Shown: positions 56,925-64,000 of the stretch, one piece after another
Layout of the letters: the number at the start of each line of letters is the position of its first letter
Position numbering within the stretch: the first letter of the stretch is position 1
Source: Thermoanaerobaculia bacterium
GTDB taxonomy: Bacteria > Acidobacteriota > Thermoanaerobaculia > Multivoradales > Multivoraceae
DNA length: 64,000 bases
NCBI GenBank assembly: GCA_963664405.1
Contig: OY761158.1
Span: forward strand, 224,001 to 288,000
Direction: 5' to 3'
The notes under the pieces: generated by a model
Told to the model about the DNA's origin: nothing
The model's input: the letters and a program-made list of their open reading frames with translations, nothing else
Databases searched by the model: none
Program-made: the position numbers and the translations under genes

Positions 56925-58217
56925 CTACTGCGGTGCCGCTGCCGACGGTGGAGTGGGGCGGCGGCAGAGGAAGGCCGACGTAGCTCCCAGCAGCGCTATG
57001 GCGACACATGCCCAGAACACGAGGACGTACGACCCGGTGGTATCTGCGACCTTGCCGGCGAGGCGCGGGGCCAGGTAGCCGAAGACTCCGGCGATCATGA
57101 TGCGTATCCCGCCGGTGAGAGCGAACGCCTTCATTCCGAAGAAGTCCCCGAACACGACGGGCAGGGAGATGTAGGCGGCGCCGAAGCCGAGGCCAAGGAG
57201 GACGACGCCGACGTAGAGCAGACCCTCTGAGTTGGCAAGCGCGAGACAGGCTACTCCGGCAGCTTCGACCACGTGGGCCAGCGCCAGTACCTTCGACGGC
57301 GCGAGGAAGTCTCCCGCGCTGGCGCTCAGCCGCCCGACGGCGCTGGCGCCGACGCGAAGTGTCCCGAGAATGAGCGCTGCGACGCCCACCGAGATCCCCA
57401 TCTCCTCGCGCACGTAGAGCCCACCGTGAGCGCTGACGATCCCCCACGGCACTCCAAGGGTGATGCTACAGATCGTGACAAGCACGAACTGCGGCGTCCG
57501 CAGCGCCTCCCGCGCGCTCCACGAGTAGCGAGCCTGGTCCTGCGCCACCGCGACCCGCGCGTCGATCGTCGCCGCAGCTCCGTCAGGCCGGAGACCCATC
57601 GACGCTGGCGTGTCACGAACGAAGATCAGAGCGAGGATCGCGACCCCGACCGAGACCCCGGCGATGATCACCCACGCGTCGCGCCAGCTGCCGCCCTCGA
57701 GGATCGCTGCGTTGAAGGGATTCACCGCCATACCCACCAGCGCTCCGCCGGTGAAGATGAAAGCCATCGCTCGGGCTCTGTACTTCTCGAACCAGAAGGT
57801 GGCCAAGGATTGATTCGGAAGGATGCAGGAGAAGCCGATTCCGATGCCGCCGATCAAGGCGTAGGCGACGTAGCAATCCGCGGCCGACTGGGCCTGGCTG
57901 AGGAGGTAGAACCCCAGTGCCGCCACCAGTGAGCCGGCCGTGATCATGGCCCGGATGCCGAAGCGGGCTATGCCCAGGCCAACCAGCGGCCCGACGGCGC
58001 CGAAGGTGAACACGAACACTCCGAAGATGCTCCCGGTCTGCTCGCGGGTGAGCCCGAGATCCTGGCGCAGCTCGGGACCGAAGAATCCCCAGCTGTAGTA
58101 GGCGGGCGAGATCCCGAAGCCGTAACAGAGAACGCCTATCCCGACCAGAATCCAGCCGTAGTAGATCCGCCGCCCACCGGGGCTAAACAAGGCCCGCCGA
58201 CGGCCTGGGGAACTCAC
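56925..58217 (-). CDS. MFS transporter (OFA/MCT-like)
   Basis: IYYGW, ARFGIR, WFEKYRARAM, EALRTPQF, DTTGSY; GTGA overlap with the upstream gene. Confidence 0.9.
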   Translation of the reverse strand: MSSPGRRRALFSPGGRRIYYGWILVGIGVLCYGFGISPAYYSWGFFGPELRQDLGLTREQTGSIFGVFVFTFGAVGPLVGLGIARFGIRAMITAGSLVAALGFYLLSQAQSAADCYVAYALIGGIGIGFSCILPNQSLATFWFEKYRARAMAFIFTGGALVGMAVNPFNAAILEGGSWRDAWVIIAGVSVGVAILALIFVRDTPASMGLRPDGAAATIDARVAVAQDQARYSWSAREALRTPQFVLVTICSITLGVPWGIVSAHGGLYVREEMGISVGVAALILGTLRVGASAVGRLSASAGDFLAPSKVLALAHVVEAAGVACLALANSEGLLYVGVVLLGLGFGAAYISLPVVFGDFFGMKAFALTGGIRIMIAGVFGYLAPRLAGKVADTTGSYVLVFWACVAIALLGATSAFLCRRPTPPSAAAPQ

Positions 58218-58642
58218 CCGCGGGGCAGCGGACGGAGGGGGAAAAACTTCCCGGTGGTTCGCGCAATCAGCGTCTCGCCGTTGCACAGGCTCGCCTCCAC
58301 GACGAAATACTTTTCCCGCTCCTCCACGATCGAGGCCCTGGCCTCCACCGTGATCTCGAGCGGGCAGGGTCGTTCGAAGCGAATCGAAAGCTCCCCGGTC
58401 ATAACCTCCTGGTCGCGCAGGAAGTTCGGCGCGGCACAGCTGACCTCGTCCATGAGCGCGGCCACGATGCCCCCGTGGGCGGTTCCCGGCGGGCCCTGGA
58501 AGCGCGGGGGCACCGTGTACCGAGTGAACACCTCGTCGCCATCGCGGCCAAAGCGCAGCTGCAGCCCGCCCTCGAGGCTCCCGGAGCAACCGAAACAACC
58601 CATATCAGGGGTGGTGGCGAGATCGAGCTCTGGATCTGTCAC
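58214..58642 (-). CDS. PaaI-family thioesterase
   Basis: CFGC, FQGPPGTAHGGIVAALMDE, TGELSIRF. Confidence 0.9.
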   Translation of the reverse strand: MTDPELDLATTPDMGCFGCSGSLEGGLQLRFGRDGDEVFTRYTVPPRFQGPPGTAHGGIVAALMDEVSCAAPNFLRDQEVMTGELSIRFERPCPLEITVEARASIVEEREKYFVVEASLCNGETLIARTTGKFFPLRPLPRG

Positions 58643-58711
58643 AGCAGCAGGGTATCAGCCTGCAGGCACCCGGCGGCGATGCGTAGCGAATCGATCGACG
58701 AAGGCGGCATG

Positions 58712-60406
58712 TCAGTTCCGTCCCGGGGTGCCCCTCGGGATACCGGTACTGTCGAAGACGATATAGGTGACGCGCCACTCTTCGTCGCGCGGGTCGACGA
58801 GAAACTCGAGTTTGTAATTCATGCCCGGGCCGGCATTCCAGGCAACACCGGTGACGCTGGCGGTCGCGCCGTCCCACTCGATCTTCATCGCCTCGGTGTC
58901 GTAGCTGGTACCGGCGCCTGCAAAGAGGGTCTTTCTGAACATCTCCTTCGACCCACCGCTGGAGTTTGTGAAATCGTCGGCGAGGTAAGTGAGCATCCGA
59001 TCCACGTCCCCGGCCACCCACGCCTCCATCATTTGGCGGATCGTGGTCTCTACAGCCCCGGTATCTTGCGAGCCGCGCGCCCCTCCAAGCCGCTGCGCCT
59101 GAGCGGCGGTGCGCATAGCGGAGCTGCCCGTCGCTTTCGTGGTCCGCGTCGCGAGGTCGAAGCTCGCCAGGTGCTCCTCGTCCTTCACATATACCCGTGA
59201 TCCGGCGAGCGCCAGGTGCGACCAAGTCGGGGAAGTCGCCACTTCCCATGAGGCAAGCTCTCGGTAGGCGTCGGGGTCGGTGGCGATCACTTTGAGCTCG
59301 GCGCCATCGGTGAGTGCGAGCAGGCGATCCCCGACGACAATCACCGACGAGTAGGCCGCCCACCGCCCGGGGCTCTGCCAGACAAGTTTCCCGGTTGCGG
59401 CATCGAAACTGACGAAGGTGCCGGCCTTCTTGTTCGAGCGGAAATACAGGCGGTCGCCGACCCGCACCGGGGAGTCCATGTAGAGGTCCGCCTGGTTCGT
59501 CTTCCACACTTCGGTCACTTTCCAAGCTCCATCTCGTTGCGGTGGCTCGACCCTGAGCCCGGCGGTCCCCAACTGGTAGCCCGAGAGGATGAGCAGGTCC
59601 TTGTAGCGGACGGTGGTGACGGAATTCTGGTCGAAGGCGGTCTCGAACGCGGTCGACCACAAGAGCTCGCCGTCACTCGCTCGCACCCCGAAGAAGGCCT
59701 CATCGCCCAAGGTGACGATCTGGCGCACCCCTCCGATCGTGAACGCCATCGGCGAGGCGTAGGCGGGCGGTCCGTCTGCCCGCCAGACCTCTTTTCCGGT
59801 CGCCTTGTCGTAGGCAACCAGAGCTCCGTGGTCGTCCTCCTGCTCTAAGCCGGTGTTGCCGACGGGGACGATGATCAGATTTCCTTCGACCAGAGGCGAC
59901 GCCGCCGTTCCCCATATCGGGTACGGCGGGTCGTAGATGTCCTCGAAGCTCTTCTCCCACTGCACCGCGCCGGACTTGGCATCCAGTGCGAGGAGCCGCG
60001 ATCGGATGCCGAAGCTGTAGACCGAATCGCCATCGGCCAGCATCGTCGACTTGGGGCCCGGGCCATACTGGAGGGCCGCGGTCGCCGGCACGTACGGAAC
60101 CACGTACGCATGCCGCCACAGCTCCTTGCCGGTGGACGCCTCGAGCGCGAGCACGACTTCTTCCTCGCCCTGTCGCGCGAGGATGAAGACGCGGTCTCCA
60201 ACCACGATCGGAGAGGATTGCCCAACGCCAACGTGCACCTTCCACCGCCGCTCGAGAGCCGCGGGAAGCACCTCCGGCAACTCGCTTCCGGCAGCGACTC
60301 CGTTCCGTTCGGGGCCTCGCCACTGCGGCCAATCGGCTGCTTGTACAGAGAAGGCGAGACACAGCACTAGGAAGGGCGCCCACCTTCGAATCAGCCTACC
60401 GTTCAT
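58712..60406 (-). CDS. Secreted PQQ-like beta-propeller protein with C-terminal NTF2/SnoaL-like domain (paralog 2)
   Basis: Collinear close paralog of 36111-37871. Confidence 0.87.
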   Translation of the reverse strand: MNGRLIRRWAPFLVLCLAFSVQAADWPQWRGPERNGVAAGSELPEVLPAALERRWKVHVGVGQSSPIVVGDRVFILARQGEEEVVLALEASTGKELWRHAYVVPYVPATAALQYGPGPKSTMLADGDSVYSFGIRSRLLALDAKSGAVQWEKSFEDIYDPPYPIWGTAASPLVEGNLIIVPVGNTGLEQEDDHGALVAYDKATGKEVWRADGPPAYASPMAFTIGGVRQIVTLGDEAFFGVRASDGELLWSTAFETAFDQNSVTTVRYKDLLILSGYQLGTAGLRVEPPQRDGAWKVTEVWKTNQADLYMDSPVRVGDRLYFRSNKKAGTFVSFDAATGKLVWQSPGRWAAYSSVIVVGDRLLALTDGAELKVIATDPDAYRELASWEVATSPTWSHLALAGSRVYVKDEEHLASFDLATRTTKATGSSAMRTAAQAQRLGGARGSQDTGAVETTIRQMMEAWVAGDVDRMLTYLADDFTNSSGGSKEMFRKTLFAGAGTSYDTEAMKIEWDGATASVTGVAWNAGPGMNYKLEFLVDPRDEEWRVTYIVFDSTGIPRGTPGRN

Positions 60407-60689
60407 CTTCGCTTCCGATAGCTGTTCGATGGCCTAGACACCTGAGGAGCAACGGTCGTCACCGCGGGGTCAAAACGACTTCCAGTGCTGGTCAGCAGGG
60501 TCACCTTACATCCCCGAGCTTCAATGGGTCAACGGCGAGACGTGCCCACTTCCTCACTTCACCGGGTCTCGTCCGCATCGCACCTTCTTCGAGTCGCGGG
60601 GGCGAGGCAGAGTATCGATCGCTTGGACGGCGGGCATGGGTACGGCCCCAACCTGCGCGGCGTGCTTGGGCGCCGTGCGTGGAAGACGC

Positions 60690-60810
60690 GCAGAATCTCG
60701 ATCGCGAGTCGCAACCGGTACAGAACCAGACCTCACCCCCAGGCTCATAGCCGTACCAGACCGGGGCGGAGAGAGGACCGCGCCCCTCGGCAGGGAGGCT
60801 AAGCTGGAGA
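60690..60810 (-). pseudogene. Remnant of a pyridoxamine 5'-phosphate oxidase (PPOX)-like gene
   Basis: LSLPAEGRGPLSAPVWYGYEPGGEVWFCTGCDSR resembles the PPOX-family N-terminus; similarity is lost on both sides. Confidence 0.5.
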
Positions 60811-60891
60811 ACGTTCTGAGGACGCGCGGTCGTTAGGCTGGGACCGTCGACGTCTTCGCCAAGGGCCCGGCGTGCTACGGTCGGGCCGCTC

Positions 60892-61575
60892 ATGCCAAGG
60901 TCTGCCGAAGCCTCACATGCCGAAGAGAAGAGGTCTGGAGAGCAGAGTCCAAGGGCTGAGAAGGGACGGAATCGCCACGGGGCGAAGGGCCTTCGTCGAC
61001 GTGAGGAGATCCTCGACGCGGCCCGCGCTCAACTGGGCGACTCCGAAAACGGCTCCGGTCTCTTGCGCAGTGTGGCGAAAGACCTCGAGATCTCGTTAGG
61101 GAACCTCCAATACTACTTCCCGACCCGAGAAGATCTGCTCGCGGCGCTGTTTCGTGCCGAGTCCGATTCCGACTGCGAGCTGATCGATTTGCTCAGCGCG
61201 CGCGACGAGACGCCCAGAGACCGGTTGGCTGCCATCACCCGCGCCTTCATCGCACGGTGGGAGGATGGCCCCGCTGGGACGACCCACGTCCCGATCTGGA
61301 GGGCTCTCGCCGACTCTGCGCAGCAGAGTCCACGGTTCCGGGCTCTCCGGCACGAGCTCTGGGAGCGCAACTACGAGCTGTTGACTCCGATTCTGAGAGA
61401 GCTCGAGCCGGGAGCGACCGCGAGCCAACTGCGGCTCAAGGCCGTCCTCGTCGCGGCGATGATCGACGGTACTACGATGATGCCACCCGAGACTCTCGAG
61501 AGCATACGCGGGCTGAGACACCCGTCCTATGAGAACGAAGTCGTAGCCGCCGTCTTGTGGATCGCAGAGCGCTGA
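60892..61575 (+). CDS. TetR/AcrR family regulator
   Basis: RREEILDAA...LRSVAKDLEISLGNLQYYFPTREDLL. Confidence 0.88.
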   Translation: MPRSAEASHAEEKRSGEQSPRAEKGRNRHGAKGLRRREEILDAARAQLGDSENGSGLLRSVAKDLEISLGNLQYYFPTREDLLAALFRAESDSDCELIDLLSARDETPRDRLAAITRAFIARWEDGPAGTTHVPIWRALADSAQQSPRFRALRHELWERNYELLTPILRELEPGATASQLRLKAVLVAAMIDGTTMMPPETLESIRGLRHPSYENEVVAAVLWIAER

Positions 61576-61773
61576 GTCTGTTGGTTCCGGAGTGACGCTT
61601 GTCGCGTCTCGGCCGGGACGCTTCCACTGCGAAGCTCTGCTCGGCGATGTAGACCCACTTCATGGCGTCGCGGAACAGAGTCGCATTTGGGGGCTTGACA
61701 TGGTCTTCGTCCGTGTTCCACAATCGGTCATTGACCTAAAACAGCAATGGCGGCTTCTCCGGAGGATTGGCTG

Positions 61774-64000
61774 ATGCGGCTACGTCCCATTACCTCGGCG
61801 ATGCCTTTCGTTCTTCTCGCAACGGCGCTGCTACCTGCAGCAACCGTCTACGCACAAAACGTCGGCACCGTACGTGGGACGGTCAGCTCGCCGGATGGCG
61901 ATCCTCTCCCCGGGGTGCTGGTGCAGGTGACGGGCGACATCGTACGTGGTGAGCGCACCTCGACGACCGGAGCCACTGGCGAGTGGTTGATCCCCGGGCT
62001 GCCGCCGGGGATCGTGACGGTGACCGGAACGCTCGAGGGCCTCGACAACGCCGAGGTCCAAGGTGTGCGTGTCTCCATCTCCGGCGCCGCCACCGTGAAC
62101 CTCACCATGCGTGTCGCCGGGGTCGAAGAGCAGATCACGGTGAGCGGGGAGGCACCCATCATCGATGTGACGAGCTCTTCCTTCGCCAACGACTACCAGG
62201 CAGAGCTCATCGACGCTCTGCCGACGAAGGGGCGCAACTACCAGGAGTTCGCCCTGCTGGCCCCTGGCGTCAACGCGATAGGTCGCGTCGGGAGCGTCGG
62301 AGAGTATGAGGGGTTCATCGGGGCGTACGGCCGCGATTTTGGGTCGCTGGGGTGGAACGTCGACGGACTCGGCGTTGCCCTTCCAGATGACGGCGCTCCA
62401 TTTGGTGGGTCTATCGACCCCGACACCATCGCCGAAATTCAGGTGCTCGGCGCCGGCGCCCCGGCGGAGTACGGAAACACGACCTCAGTGGCCATCAACG
62501 TGGTCACCAAGTCGGGGACCAACACCCACCATGGGCGTCTGGCCTATAACGGTGAGTACGACGACACCACCGCCACCGGGCCCACGCTCCCGGACGGGTT
62601 CGGGGTGGAGCAAGGTTTCGAGAGAGTCACCCAAGAGGGTTACTCCCTGTGGTCGGGCGGGCCCATCAAGAAGGACAAGCTGTTCTATTTCCTGTCGGTC
62701 CAAAACAGGGAGGAGCTCATGCGCAATCCCGGCTACACTGCCAGCATAGACATCCCCGCCGGTCAGGCAGACCACTACAACCTCAAGGTCGATTGGTCGA
62801 TCAACCCGTCGCATACGCTGGTGGGGGCGTACCAGTGGGAAGAGGTTGCCAGACCGAGCTTCTCAACGACGGGGGGTTACATACTCACCAACCCGAATTC
62901 CGTCGGCATTCAGAACACAAGCGGCCAGCCGTACTGGCGCGCCGGCTACCAGGGGATTCTGGGTTCCAACACCATCCTCGAGGCCAACTGGTCGAACATC
63001 TACTCCATCCTCGATCATGTCTCGGCGACCGGCAGTTTTGAGTCGCCATTGATCGACTTCAACACCTCTCCCGCCACGTCCCTGGGCGGATTGATTTATC
63101 CTTATCTCTACCCCGTCTGGTTTTCTCGCGGCCACGCCAAGGTGACGCACTTCGCCGACGATCTCGCCGGCAGCCACGAGTTCAAGTTCGGTGTCCAGTA
63201 CAGCAACAACGGTCAGAAGGCAGGGGGCGTCTTTCCCGGTTTCGGCGGCACGTACTACTACATATACGGGGCCAACTACTACGTCTACGCCCGCGATCCT
63301 CACTACTACGGCGTCAAAGGAGAGGATATCGGGATCTACGTCGACGACTCGTGGCGTATCAACGAAAGGCTGACCGTGAACATCGGGGTGCGCGCCGACC
63401 AGGCCTATTCTGATCTGCCTTCCTTTCCGATAATCGACGAATACAAATGTAACGAGATCGGCTGCGGCGTCGTCGTTCCCGGAGAGTTCTCGAACCACTA
63501 CTCCGACGTCGTCGACTATGACAGCGTCGACCCGCGCCTCGGAATCGCCTACCAGGTCGGTGAGGGACGCAGGCAAGGGGTGCTGCGGGCGTCGGCCGGC
63601 AGGTACCACGAGTTCAACGTCGTCTCCATGTGGCAGATGCCGCACCCCGATCGGCCCCAGGCGCGCTTCGGCTACAGCCCCAACCGGTACGGCCCGTTCT
63701 ATTACTTCTTCGAGAGCTCGGAGACCATTCTTCGAGAGCTCGGAGACCAGCTTCGGGCTACCGGCCCAAGGCATGGGGCGACCCGAGAGCGACCAGTTCT
63801 CGGTCGGCTACGAGCAGCAGCTCGGGAACTACAAAGTCGGCCTTCAGATCATCACAAGTGAAACGACGGATCTGATTGGCTGGCAGCTCGACGAGGGCGG
63901 CGTCTACGAGGACTTTCCCTACGTCAACCCCTTGACCGGCGAGACGATGATCCTCCAGAACCAGATCGTGGAGCCCACCGCTCGAAAAGGCAACGCGCCC
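61774..64000 (+). pseudogene. TonB-dependent receptor, copy 2, frameshifted by a 22-bp tandem duplication; runs off the window end
   Basis: Collinear with copy 1. Removing one 22-bp unit restores FFESSETSFGLPAQGMGRPESDQFSVGY..., matching copy 1. Confidence 0.85.
63706..63749 (+). repeat. 22-bp perfect tandem duplication
   Basis: TTCTTCGAGAGCTCGGAGACCA x2. Confidence 0.95.

Noticed and set aside
60826-60840. GTTAGGC as an integron attC core site
   Set aside because: No matching inverse core with paired L boxes was found, and no integrase is present.
61695-61724. TTGACA-N18-CACAAT promoter for receptor copy 2
   Set aside because: Weak -10 box and non-optimal spacing; not supportable from sequence alone.
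52181-64000. DGR template/variable repeat pair
   Set aside because: Differences are not adenine-specific, they span whole genes, and no reverse transcriptase is present in the window.

Overview
GC-rich bacterial chromosome segment. Its gene content (GT-C/YfhO membrane proteins, sulfatase-TPR fusion, CarboxypepD-type TonB-dependent receptors, PQQ-like propellers) suggests an Acidobacteriota/Thermoanaerobaculia-like organism, which is an inference. Bases 1-27 kb are mostly housekeeping and envelope genes: an S1-domain protein, a four-gene membrane glycosylation cluster, argG, MATE, oppBC, hemF, modABC and a coupled GT4-thioesterase-ABC operon. Bases 27-64 kb are accessory-rich: about six intact or decayed toxin-antitoxin-like loci, a single-chain acyl-CoA carboxylase, a copper amine oxidase, a glutamine synthetase-like/GATase pair, and a complete 3555-bp four-gene Mu/IS21-like transposon (25-bp TIRs, 5-bp CCGGA target duplication) inside a vapC gene. 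Two observations stand out. First, a family of about 135-180 bp CTAG-bounded foldback elements (one at 16.3 kb, three clustered at 40.2-40.7 kb) share an apical hairpin but have unrelated outer arms with strand-specific G-U pairing. Second, two direct-repeat TonB-receptor paralogs 9599 bp apart carry complementary lesions (in-frame TAG versus a 22-bp duplication), so only a recombinant junction or gene conversion would restore an intact receptor. No rRNA, tRNA or CRISPR array was recognised.
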